Assembly: GCA_014894375.1 (NCBI GenBank) | Contig: JADBLP010000075.1 | Location: 33,083 to 82,771 of the forward strand | Length of the DNA: 49,689 nucleotides | Source of the DNA: Actinomycetota bacterium | Lineage (GTDB): Bacteria; Actinomycetota; Humimicrobiia; Humimicrobiales; Humimicrobiaceae | Direction: 5' to 3' | Part shown: piece after piece, positions 35,154 to 43,827 of the stretch | How positions within the stretch are numbered: position 1 is the first letter of the stretch | How the letters are laid out: each line of letters starts with the position of its first letter | Notes under the pieces: generated by a model | Told to the model about the DNA's origin: nothing | What the model saw: only the letters and a program-made list of their open reading frames with translations | Databases searched by the model: none | Program-made: the position numbers and the translations under genes

Positions 35154-35339
35154 ATGAATCTAGAATTAACAGAGATAAACTATAAGCTCGGGTACGTTTC
35201 AGTTAAAGACAAGGATACAGGGAAGGCTTATTTCACACAAGGAGAAGAGGCTCAAAACGATATCGATATTATCGAGGAGCACGGAGAAACAGTGTTTCTT
35301 AATTACTTAATCGGCAGCGGGTACTTTGACAGGGAGTAA
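35154..35339 (+). CDS. hypothetical protein
   Basis: 61 aa ORF. Confidence 0.45.
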   Translation: MNLELTEINYKLGYVSVKDKDTGKAYFTQGEEAQNDIDIIEEHGETVFLNYLIGSGYFDRE

Positions 35340-35342
35340 CAC

Positions 35343-35564
35343 ATGAAAAAACTAGGATTAATGGGAATAGACCAATATGGACAACACTATAAGCTAAAAA
35401 CAGACCATCCAAGAAAAGAACTACAAGAGATACTAGGAAGGAAGCATACAGATAAAATGTATGTAGATACAAAAACAGGAGATACCAAACATATAGGTTA
35501 TATCATAAATGGTTTATGGATAACACTATACGAGATTCACGAATGGAGTAAAAAAGAAGGGTAA
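35343..35564 (+). CDS. hypothetical protein
   Basis: 73 aa ORF. Its stop is embedded in the hairpin GAAGGG-taaaatt-CCCTTC (35556..35574). Confidence 0.45.
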   Translation: MKKLGLMGIDQYGQHYKLKTDHPRKELQEILGRKHTDKMYVDTKTGDTKHIGYIINGLWITLYEIHEWSKKEG

Positions 35565-35574
35565 AATTCCCTTC

Positions 35575-35632
35575 ATATTCTTTAATGGGTAAAATAGGTT
35601 AAAATCCTAAATTACCAGGAGATAAAGAGAAT
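35575..35632 (+). promoter_or_regulatory. promoter/5'-leader cassette, copy A
   Basis: Sequence TTAATGGGTAAAATAGGTTAAAATCCTAAATTACCAGGAGATAAAGAGAAT-ATG. TATA-like GTTAAAAT plus CAGGAG SD. About 75 percent identical to copy B. Confidence 0.45.
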
Positions 35633-35701
35633 ATGTTTAGATGTGTACTTTGTGGTGCATATATCAATAAAAGACCGTGTTCGATATGTAAAGAGAGGTA
35701 A
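35633..35701 (+). CDS. mini zinc-ribbon ORF (22 aa)
   Basis: Translates MFRCVLCGAYINKRPCSICKER. Flanked by its own promoter-like copy A and a terminator hairpin. Confidence 0.3.
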   Translation: MFRCVLCGAYINKRPCSICKER

Positions 35702-35730
35702 GGAGGTAAAACTTCTTACCTTTATTTTTT
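35697..35730 (+). terminator. hairpin plus oligo-T terminator
   Basis: Stem GGTAAGGA/TTCTTACC (one G-U pair), followed by TTTATTTTTT. Confidence 0.55.
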
Positions 35731-35784
35731 AATCTTATGGTCAAAAGGAGTTAAATTCTCTGATTGACAGGAGATAAGAAAAAT
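35731..35784 (+). promoter_or_regulatory. promoter/5'-leader cassette, copy B
   Basis: Sequence AATCTTATGGTCAAAAGGAGTTAAATTCTCTGATTGACAGGAGATAAGAAAAAT-ATG. Confidence 0.45.
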
Positions 35785-35988
35785 ATGGAAGATAATGTAA
35801 TAGAATGTAGTACCTTAACTCTTATGAATGGAACCTTTAAGGTAAAACCAATAAAGAAAATAGGGAGTAAATATGTATATGAATTGTCCTTCCCTTATGC
35901 GAAAAATAAAACTTATGAAGGGAAATGGACAATTGATAATATACAAGAAGGTTTTACTACATTCAAGAAGTATCTTAAAGAAGAGTAG
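35785..35988 (+). CDS. hypothetical protein (67 aa)
   Basis: Track ORF 35764..35988 (TTG start) trimmed to the ATG preceded by the CAGGAG SD. Confidence 0.45.
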   Translation: MEDNVIECSTLTLMNGTFKVKPIKKIGSKYVYELSFPYAKNKTYEGKWTIDNIQEGFTTFKKYLKEE

Positions 35989-36015
35989 ACCTAAAAAATC
36001 TACTCTTTATTTTTT
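35983..36015 (+). terminator. hairpin plus oligo-T terminator
   Basis: GAGTAGA-cctaaaaaa-TCTACTC followed by TTTATTTTTT. It overlaps the stop codon. Confidence 0.6.
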
Positions 36016-37794
36016 CGATTATTATTATCTAAAAACTAATATATAGAAGCAACATATTAATCTACGTCAATTCTGGAGGGTTCTAATTGTTTGCCATATA
36101 ACAATAAGGGATAAGGTTAAAATGCTTCTGGGTTGATTAAAACCTTGTTTAAATTGAAAGGGGAGTTAATAGATAGGATACTAAAAACAGGGTATTATTT
36201 GATAACGTTAATCTATTCGTTAAAGAGGGAGGGATTATTATATTGAATCGCTTTAAAAATGCCTTCTGCTCATGTGGGGGGGCAATAGATAGGGTGCATA
36301 TTACTATAAGGAGCAAAAGATAACGCTTTAAATCGGCACATCCGAGGCTTTAAACGTTAAAAGAAGGGGAGGGATAAGGGGAGTTAAAACGTGCTAACAG
36401 ATAAGGGGAGTATAACAATTACTGTATTATGTATGTAAAAGAACTATAGATGTATGAATAAGAATTAAGTTACTTATACATTTATTTCAATCTTTATCTT
36501 ATCTAATATACTCTGTATCCTATAACTCGATTAATCTCTTGGAGCAATTCATCTAAGTCTTTAATGGTCTTTATCTTCATCTAATCACTTCCAAAGGGTC
36601 AATACATACACTGTTCTTAAGTCTTGTTTGCATCTGCTTATCCTGTTGCCATATCAGATACTCAATTACTAGGGGCTGAAAACTAGAAAGTGCATTAGCA
36701 CGGTCTTATCTGTTGGAGTATCACTTATTGAAGTGCTAACAAATATCATGTCTCTCGTGTTGGGCTTCGGGGACCGAAGCGTGCTAAATTAATCGAATAA
36801 GTCAACAGGAGGGAATTAAAAAGGGATATTGGATAGTTGTTATGATTAAGGGATTAAGTGTTAGGGTCTAGGAATATGCTTATCTATTGCATGATTCAAG
36901 GGGAAAGTGCCCTTCTATTACGTGTTGACTTGACTTAAGTGTAATATGCTTATGCTGCTGCTGTTGTGAATAGATAAGGGATTGATTATTAGATATATGG
37001 GCTGCTGAAGATTAAAAGGTATGAAGATAGGGATTAAAGACTTATGATTATTATATGAACTAGGAGATAGAACTGCCTGCATTTATATCTATTGGCAGAG
37101 ATATTAAGGGAAGGGTAACATAAAGGACTATTAAACATGATTGATATAACCATGCTTATGCTTAGTTACTCGGTATTATTTTAACGGAGAGAGAATAGAT
37201 GATTCTTCCGCCAATCCAAGAATCCTTTAAATAGTCTTCTTATCTAAGTGGAATACGTAGCAATAAGCCCACATATATAAACCTTACCTACCTATGCTTC
37301 TGGCAAGTTTTGAAAAGTCTTCATCTCCAAATGCAGATTCGTGTTCAGCAGCAAATTAACGGAATCAATGCAAGTTACCTTCTTTGGTTACTACTACATG
37401 GTAATATTTGGTTAGAAACTATTTAAAGAATTCAACAAATTTATGCCGTTTTCAATGCCAGAATTAGAGAAGGATATATAAAGATTTCTTTGATTTTGGC
37501 ATCATCTGTAACAAGTGATATTCAATAGTCATTATATTTAAAGGTATCTATTGGTCCATATGGAGTAAATGGCATTGATAAAGATTAACATGTTCCCACC
37601 ATATATATATAATTGAAGAGGAATATTTATTTAAGTCTTTCTGAAATGGGATTTATTTATTTAGATTTAACGATTGTTAGACATAGGAGCCTTAATTGCT
37701 TTAAGGGGTATAAGGGTGGGTGACTTTAAACTATATGCTATATATTAAAGAGGTGAAATAAATTAGTAAAGTTAGTAAGCTTGAACAGTTTGGT
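36016..37794. other. ~1.8 kb ORF-free region with recurrent short motifs (possible ncRNA, pac or regulatory region)
   Basis: No ORF of 60 aa or more in any frame. ATAAGGG at 36104, 36374, 36401, 36974 and 37710. GCTTTAAA at 36250, 36325 and 36347. GTGCTAA at 36391, 36733 and 36781. GC hairpin GCTTCGG-gga-CCGAAGC at 36764..36780. Confidence 0.5.
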
Positions 37795-38346
37795 TTGTTA
37801 GATGAGGCCAAGGAACTGCAGAAGACAGGAATGGGTCTTCATGAGATAGCAAACCATATCATGCAGAAGCATCCAGAAGTAGAATTGTCTTTCATGGCAG
37901 TTCAGCGTGGACTTGCAATTGCAGGTCAGAAAAAGATAGATGAACAGATTCAGGAAGGACTGAATCCAATAGATGAATTGGATGAAGTATTCAAAAAGAA
38001 AATTGAGGATGCTGAGAAGAAACTCCTTAAATTAGAGGAACGAGCAAACAAGGCATTAGATAGAGCAGAAGATGGAGACAACATTGGAGATATAACAAAA
38101 GCATTAAAAGAAGTCAGAGAGACTAATTCACAGATAATAAAGAATCTAATTTCATTGAAACAATTTTACAGTATACAAAGACAAGGGGTTGATAGGAAGG
38201 CATTTGAACAAAAGGCACAAGTTAATAATTTACTGATGATATGGATAAATACTATAACGGAAGGGGTATGTTCAAGATGTAAAGAAACACTGATTCCTAA
38301 ATTAATTAAATTGGTGGAATCAGAAAGTAAAGTGGAGGAAAGTTAA
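37795..38346 (+). CDS. putative terminase small subunit
   Basis: Lies upstream of TerL. HTH-like N-terminus GMGLHEIANHIMQK..MAVQRGL, then a long coiled coil. TTG start in the track, so the start is uncertain. GAGGTGA lies upstream. Confidence 0.4.
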   Translation: MLDEAKELQKTGMGLHEIANHIMQKHPEVELSFMAVQRGLAIAGQKKIDEQIQEGLNPIDELDEVFKKKIEDAEKKLLKLEERANKALDRAEDGDNIGDITKALKEVRETNSQIIKNLISLKQFYSIQRQGVDRKAFEQKAQVNNLLMIWINTITEGVCSRCKETLIPKLIKLVESESKVEES

Positions 38347-38347
38347 T

Positions 38348-38578
38348 ATGGCAGACGAAACCATTCCAGCATACGATATAAAGATAACTATAAAGAAATG
38401 GGCAACTGAATTAGGTATCCTATTGGGTATCACTGGATTAACATATCTTGTAGATACAGTTATACCTGATTTGCAGATTGGATATCCAGAATATGCTGGA
38501 ATAATTGTAGTATTCACACCATTGGTAGTTGGATTAATTAACTACTTAAAACACAAAAACGATACAAAAATAGTATAA
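38348..38578 (+). CDS. small membrane protein (2 predicted TM helices)
   Basis: Hydrophobic stretches LGILLGITGLTYLV and YAGIIVVFTPLVVGLI. Confidence 0.5.
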   Translation: MADETIPAYDIKITIKKWATELGILLGITGLTYLVDTVIPDLQIGYPEYAGIIVVFTPLVVGLINYLKHKNDTKIV

Positions 38579-38787
38579 ATTGCTTAAATTGAGATTTCAG
38601 TGACTTACAGTGATATTTGGGGTTTGTATATAACATGACACATGCAAGACAAATACATAATTAGTACACCCCAACCTATGGGTAACACAAAACTAAAAGA
38701 CACAACGTAGGTATGTTAACTGTAGTAAGATGATTTGCAATAAGTCTTGCTGTGGTATATGTTATATAGAAACCGAGAGAAAAGAAT

Positions 38788-38913
38788 ATGGCAACATTAA
38801 AAGAAGAATTGAATGACTTAAGCTGGGGATGGAAACTTATCATCCTAGTTGGAGGCATTCTATTAATTCAAGCCCTATTTGAATTAACCTTTGACATTGG
38901 AATTACTTTATAA
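38788..38913 (+). CDS. mini membrane protein (41 aa)
   Basis: Hand-found ORF MATLKEELNDLSWGWKLIILVGGILLIQALF.. Confidence 0.3.
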   Translation: MATLKEELNDLSWGWKLIILVGGILLIQALFELTFDIGITL

Positions 38914-38986
38914 AGTAATTTGATTGTCAGGCAAAAGATGGGATAGTATGTTTTATGTTTATCATTCTTTAGTTCGTTAAGTCTTT

Positions 38987-40477
38987 ATGGTTAGAACATT
39001 AGATAGTAATCAGGCAAATAAAATATTATATCAGTTGGATTGTGTGAGGTTCATAGAGGATATAATTTCTCCTTCATGTACTCCACCAATGCAACTAAAA
39101 GAATTCCACAAAGAGTGGATTGACTTAATTAATAACAATAGGTTTGTTTCATTACTTGCTCCTCGTTCACATGGGAAGACAACTTTACTTGGGGCATATA
39201 TAATTTGGAAGATAGTAACTAATCCAAAGATTAGAATTCTAGTAGTTACTATTAATCAGGAAATGGCAGATAGAATCATGTCATTCATTCAAAGGCATAT
39301 AGAAGGCAATACTGACCTTATAAATATATTTGGTGTACCATCTAGTACTGGTAATCTAAGTTTACGTGGTTATAGTGATTGGACAAGGAGTAAATTACGG
39401 GTATTGGGTGCTGGTAATCAGAAAGACCCAACATTGAGTGTCATTGGTATCACTGCTTCAATGGTTGGGGGGCATTATGATATGATTATATTAGATGATA
39501 TTATGGATGCGGGTAATTCTAGAACAGAACATGGAAGGAATGAAGTATTTAGTTTATATAATAGTACAATGATGCCAATGCTAGAACCTCCAAATGGAAA
39601 ACTTGTTAGTATTGCAACTAAATGGCATGATAATGATATAAGTTGGTATTTACAAAGGAAACCAGATTTTGCTTCAAAGATATATAGAGCAATTATAAAA
39701 TATCCAGAGAAGAATAATGGTGTTGCAGAAGTACTTTGGGAAGATAAATTTCCATATGAAGAACTAATAAAGATAAAGGAAAGAGATGGTAGTCTTTCAT
39801 TTGAGATGCAATATCAGAATAATATAGTTTCATTAGCAGATTCACCAATTAAAGGAGATTGGGTAGATATGGCAATTGCAGATTATAAAGTTCCAGAACC
39901 AGAATATGAAGTTTATATGGGAGTTGATTTTGCATCTAAAGGTGAGGAATCAGATTATTTCGTAATAGTTATAGTTGCAGTTAAAGATGCTAAAGTATAT
40001 GTTATTGATGCATTAAGAACAAAAGCATCTTTATTCAGGCAATTTGAACTTATTAGGTCTTATGATACCAAGTGGCAACCAATACGAATAGGAATTGAAC
40101 AAGCAGCACAACAAAAGATTATTGTTGACCAATTGATTGAATCAACGACTCTTCCAATTATTCCAATTAAATCTTCGATTGTTAATGATAGGATGTCGAG
40201 AATCCAAAGACTCTCAGTTTTATTTGAGACAGGAAGAATATTTATGAATTCAGAAAATGAAGCAGTAAGGATATTATCAGATGAAGCAAAAATATTTCCA
40301 CATGGTGCTAATGACGACCTTTTGGACGGGTTATCATTTGCTATTCAAGCATCACAATATATGGAAGAAGATACACATATTGATTGGAATTTGATTCCAG
40401 ATATGATTTCAACACGAAAGAATGAAGAAACTGTTAATTCTGTAAAAAGAAACAATTATGAATTCTATAAGATATAG
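38987..40477 (+). CDS. terL: terminase large subunit
   Basis: Walker A LLAPRSHGKTT and Walker B MIILDDIMD. The C-terminal RNase H-like nuclease region has GVDFASKG..DYFVIVIV and ANDDLLDG. Confidence 0.85.
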   Translation: MVRTLDSNQANKILYQLDCVRFIEDIISPSCTPPMQLKEFHKEWIDLINNNRFVSLLAPRSHGKTTLLGAYIIWKIVTNPKIRILVVTINQEMADRIMSFIQRHIEGNTDLINIFGVPSSTGNLSLRGYSDWTRSKLRVLGAGNQKDPTLSVIGITASMVGGHYDMIILDDIMDAGNSRTEHGRNEVFSLYNSTMMPMLEPPNGKLVSIATKWHDNDISWYLQRKPDFASKIYRAIIKYPEKNNGVAEVLWEDKFPYEELIKIKERDGSLSFEMQYQNNIVSLADSPIKGDWVDMAIADYKVPEPEYEVYMGVDFASKGEESDYFVIVIVAVKDAKVYVIDALRTKASLFRQFELIRSYDTKWQPIRIGIEQAAQQKIIVDQLIESTTLPIIPIKSSIVNDRMSRIQRLSVLFETGRIFMNSENEAVRILSDEAKIFPHGANDDLLDGLSFAIQASQYMEEDTHIDWNLIPDMISTRKNEETVNSVKRNNYEFYKI

Positions 40478-40501
40478 AACAAATAGGAAAGGAGGTGTAA
40501 C

Positions 40502-40792
40502 ATGACAAGTAATGAAATTTCTGAAAATATCTACATCGGAACCAAAGACATCAGCCGATATATTTCTGCTGCTCTCTTTGGATTTGGTAAAGGAGATAGT
40601 ATAAAGTTAATTGCTCGTGGAAAGAATGTAAAGAAGGCAATAGATATACTCGCTATTCTAATACGAGATTATGTTGAAGATGCAGAATATAATATAGTTG
40701 TTGCAAGCGAAACATTTGAAAATAGAAAAATTAGTACGATTGAGATAGCATTATCTGGCAAGAAAAAAGAAAGGAAAATTATTAAAGAGTGA
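40502..40792 (+). CDS. alba: Alba-family DNA/RNA-binding protein
   Basis: NIYIGTKDISRYISAALFGF..IKLIARGKNVKKAIDILAILIRDYV..ISTIEIAL aligns by eye with Sso10b ([50 protein letters not shown]). Confidence 0.75.
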   Translation: MTSNEISENIYIGTKDISRYISAALFGFGKGDSIKLIARGKNVKKAIDILAILIRDYVEDAEYNIVVASETFENRKISTIEIALSGKKKERKIIKE

Positions 40793-40796
40793 TTAA

Positions 40797-42077
40797 ATGG
40801 CTTTACAAGATAGAATTGCAAAGAAAAGAGAATTAGATAGTATTCGTTCTAAGGATTTGGGGATATACTTCAATGCAGATGGAACACCCAAAACAGTTAT
40901 ATCTACTGGTAAGTCTGCAATTGCTAAGTTTGGAAGTACAGAAAGAACTGAAAAGCAATTAAAAGATTTCTGGAAGTATTATGAACTTGATAACATGGTA
41001 TTCGCTTCCATAAATACAATTGCTTATAATACCATTATGTGTGGTTATCAACTTGTTTCTGAGAATCCAAAGGCAAAGCAATTAGTACAAATGATGTTTG
41101 ATAGAATGGATGTTGATGGTGCATTACTTGATAATGTTATCTACGGATTAGTATGTGGGGATTCATTCATAGAGAAAGTAAAGGGCAAATTGGATGAATC
41201 AACATTAAAGAAAGCAAAGACTGGAAAGTTTACAGTATCTCTTAAAACTGCTTCTCCATTTACTATGCAGATAAATCAAGATAATTATGGTAGAGAGATT
41301 GATTATCAGCAGAAGATTGGTGGGCAATTATTACCAACAAAACTAACTAAAGAAGATATTATCCATTTAAGATTCTTCCCAAAGCCAGATTCACCATATG
41401 GTATTTCATTACTTGGGCCATCTAAAGATTCAATAGATAAGATGAGAGATGTTGATGAATCTATTTTTAATGCTATTCAGAGACATACCCCAAAATATGT
41501 TGTTACCGTTGGAACACAGGAAGAAATACCACCAAAAGCAGTTTTTGATAGGATTAAAACAGATTTAGAAGATATTTCATCTAAGAATGAATTTATAGTT
41601 CCAGGTGTTATAACTATGACCACAATTGATGAGAGTGGAGTTCCAAGTGTTGAAGCATATACTGGGACATTCCAATCAAAAACATTAGTTGGATTAATGT
41701 GCCCACAGGAAGCATTTAGTTTAGGAGCAGGAGGAAGCGAGGCGACAGCTAATGTACGTGCATTAATGTTTGAGAGATTTATAAAATCTATTCAACATAA
41801 ACTTGAAACACAATTGAGGGTAGAGTTAATTAATCAAATACTTGTAGAACATGGATATGATGTGAATATAGTGAATATGAGATTTAATTCAGTTACAGAT
41901 GCAGATGAAGAAAGGAAGGCAAAGTGGATAGGTAATCTATTCAGGGGATTCCCCGAAGGAAAGAAGCCTCTAACTCGGAATGAGGTACGTAGTTTATTTT
42001 CATATATGCCGGTGAAAGGTGGAGATGATGACTTCATGGAATCTGCAAAAGGACCAGCAATACAGCCGGCTGATTGA
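40797..42077 (+). CDS. portal protein
   Basis: 426 aa ORF immediately after the TerL/Alba genes. Size and position fit a caudoviral portal. No motif-level confirmation is possible by eye. Confidence 0.65.
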   Translation: MALQDRIAKKRELDSIRSKDLGIYFNADGTPKTVISTGKSAIAKFGSTERTEKQLKDFWKYYELDNMVFASINTIAYNTIMCGYQLVSENPKAKQLVQMMFDRMDVDGALLDNVIYGLVCGDSFIEKVKGKLDESTLKKAKTGKFTVSLKTASPFTMQINQDNYGREIDYQQKIGGQLLPTKLTKEDIIHLRFFPKPDSPYGISLLGPSKDSIDKMRDVDESIFNAIQRHTPKYVVTVGTQEEIPPKAVFDRIKTDLEDISSKNEFIVPGVITMTTIDESGVPSVEAYTGTFQSKTLVGLMCPQEAFSLGAGGSEATANVRALMFERFIKSIQHKLETQLRVELINQILVEHGYDVNIVNMRFNSVTDADEERKAKWIGNLFRGFPEGKKPLTRNEVRSLFSYMPVKGGDDDFMESAKGPAIQPAD

Positions 42078-42796
42078 TTATGGTTGATTTAATTTGCCCC
42101 ATTTGTGGAGTTACATTTAAAAGAAAACCGAATTACGTCAGAAGAATTAAAAATAAAGATAGCAAGTTAACATGTTCTATAAATTGTAGTAGATTATATC
42201 ATATTGGTGATAAAGGAAGTCATTGGAAAGGTTCTACTATTAGTATAAATTGCAAGTATTGTAATAAATCATTTGTTGGTGATATAGGTAGAAAATATTG
42301 TTCTCCAGAATGTGGTCACTTGGATAGGATAGGTAAAGAAGGAAAAAAACAAGGAGAAAGATTAAAAATAATTTGTATTTGGTGTAACAAGGAATTTGAA
42401 AGATTAAAATGTAATATAAAGGCTAAACATAAATTTTGCTCTTCGGATTGTTTGCACAAATGGATGGAAGGTAGATATAGTGGTGAGAATAATGGAAGAT
42501 GGAGAAAAGATAGGAATACAATAAGTGATATTAATGTTCTTAGAAACTTGCGGGAAATGACTGATTGGAAATTAGCAGTATACAAAAGAGATGAGTTTAC
42601 ATGTCAATTGTGTGGTGGAACTAAATCTGGTTCTTTTAATGCACACCACATAAAGATGTTAGCAAAATATAAAGATTTGGCTTTTAATGTTTCTAATGGG
42701 ATTACACTCTGTGTTGATTGTCACAAGAAGGTTACTTGGAAGGAAGAGCAGTTTGAGAATCTATTTGATTGTATGGTAAATGGGATGGAGTGTTAG
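42074..42796 (+). CDS. HNH endonuclease with N-terminal repeated Cys motifs
   Basis: HNH core CQLCG..NAHHIK..NGITLCVDCHKKV. Three CSxxC..G..W repeats. Paralog of 1..793. Confidence 0.8.
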   Translation: MIMVDLICPICGVTFKRKPNYVRRIKNKDSKLTCSINCSRLYHIGDKGSHWKGSTISINCKYCNKSFVGDIGRKYCSPECGHLDRIGKEGKKQGERLKIICIWCNKEFERLKCNIKAKHKFCSSDCLHKWMEGRYSGENNGRWRKDRNTISDINVLRNLREMTDWKLAVYKRDEFTCQLCGGTKSGSFNAHHIKMLAKYKDLAFNVSNGITLCVDCHKKVTWKEEQFENLFDCMVNGMEC

Positions 42797-42832
42797 CATG
42801 TTATATTGTAATTTATTAAAAGAAAGAAACTT

Positions 42833-43330
42833 ATGGCAATTGATGTAAGGAATACAATTCACAAGCACATATTGAACTTGAGTTATGATAATGTAAGTTT
42901 GAGTCAATATGAAGACTTCAGGATATATAAGAATGCAACTATCTTAACTCCTGGTGAATGGACAGATTCTATAACAAGAGAACCAGTTGTTTATACCGTA
43001 GGAGAATTAGAAAAGTCTGCAACAAATTGGAAAGAGAATTACTTGGATTTAGACCATTCATTCGCAGTTAACGATAGAATTGGTTATGTTATGAATCCAC
43101 ATGCAGATAAAGGAAATGTTAAAGCAGACTTATATATCCATAAGAGAATCCAATCAGGTAAGGATACCATTGAAAGGATTGATTGTGGATTAGTAAATGG
43201 AGTATCAGCAGAGTTAACAACTACAGATAGATATAACTTTAGTGATAATAAATATTATGCAGAAAACATAGTTTTTCTTGGTTCGGCTATAGTTTTATTC
43301 CCAGCTTCGAATGGAGCAAAGGTTCGTTGA
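42833..43330 (+). CDS. head-morphogenesis protein, possibly prohead protease (weak)
   Basis: 165 aa ORF after the portal. LDLDHSF could carry a catalytic His. Assignment is by position only. Confidence 0.3.
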   Translation: MAIDVRNTIHKHILNLSYDNVSLSQYEDFRIYKNATILTPGEWTDSITREPVVYTVGELEKSATNWKENYLDLDHSFAVNDRIGYVMNPHADKGNVKADLYIHKRIQSGKDTIERIDCGLVNGVSAELTTTDRYNFSDNKYYAENIVFLGSAIVLFPASNGAKVR

Positions 43331-43521
43331 GTAGATTTAATAAAGTAAATATAAATTGCACATTTCTAAATAAATGTGATAATTATAACAAGATGTGCAA
43401 GAAGTGCAAGTGGAACAGTATAAACAACTTTGGGAATCATCTAGTATTGAAAGATTCTAATGGTAAACAAATAAAATATTTAGAAAAGGGTATGGATGGA
43501 AGCGAAATTAAGAATCTGTGA
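43327..43521 (+). CDS. small Cys-rich protein
   Basis: 64 aa, TTG start, contains CDNYNKMCKKCK. Confidence 0.35.
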   Translation: MSRFNKVNINCTFLNKCDNYNKMCKKCKWNSINNFGNHLVLKDSNGKQIKYLEKGMDGSEIKNL

Positions 43522-43804
43522 TTGTCCATATTGCTTATTGTTTAAGGAATTACCAGAAGGAACCATTCTGCATTATCCAAAAGATAAAGTAGATATAGAT
43601 AAGGTTGAGTTTATTATAATTGATTGTAAGGATTGCAAACTACCTATGGTGGTTTATGGCGAGCATGTTACTGAGATAACAAGAGAAGCATATGGAAGAA
43701 TCTTGTTTAGATGTAAATTGTTGTTTGGAGCAGATGCTATGTTGAAAGATAAACATCGTGTCGTGCAAGACCACTTTTCAATACATAAAATAGGGAAATT
43801 TTGA
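43496..43804 (+). CDS. Cys-rich hypothetical protein
   Basis: 102 aa with CDCPYC and CKDCKLP. Confidence 0.45.
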   Translation: MEAKLRICDCPYCLLFKELPEGTILHYPKDKVDIDKVEFIIIDCKDCKLPMVVYGEHVTEITREAYGRILFRCKLLFGADAMLKDKHRVVQDHFSIHKIGKF

Positions 43805-43827
43805 TATGAAAGAAAATAAAGAATTAA

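Noticed and set aside
31198-38986. tRNA genes in the long non-coding stretches (31198..31679, 36016..37794, 38579..38787)
   Set aside because: I scanned by eye for GTTCGAAT/GTTCAAAT-type T-loops with matching acceptor stems and found no cloverleaf candidate. tRNAscan-SE should still be run to be sure.
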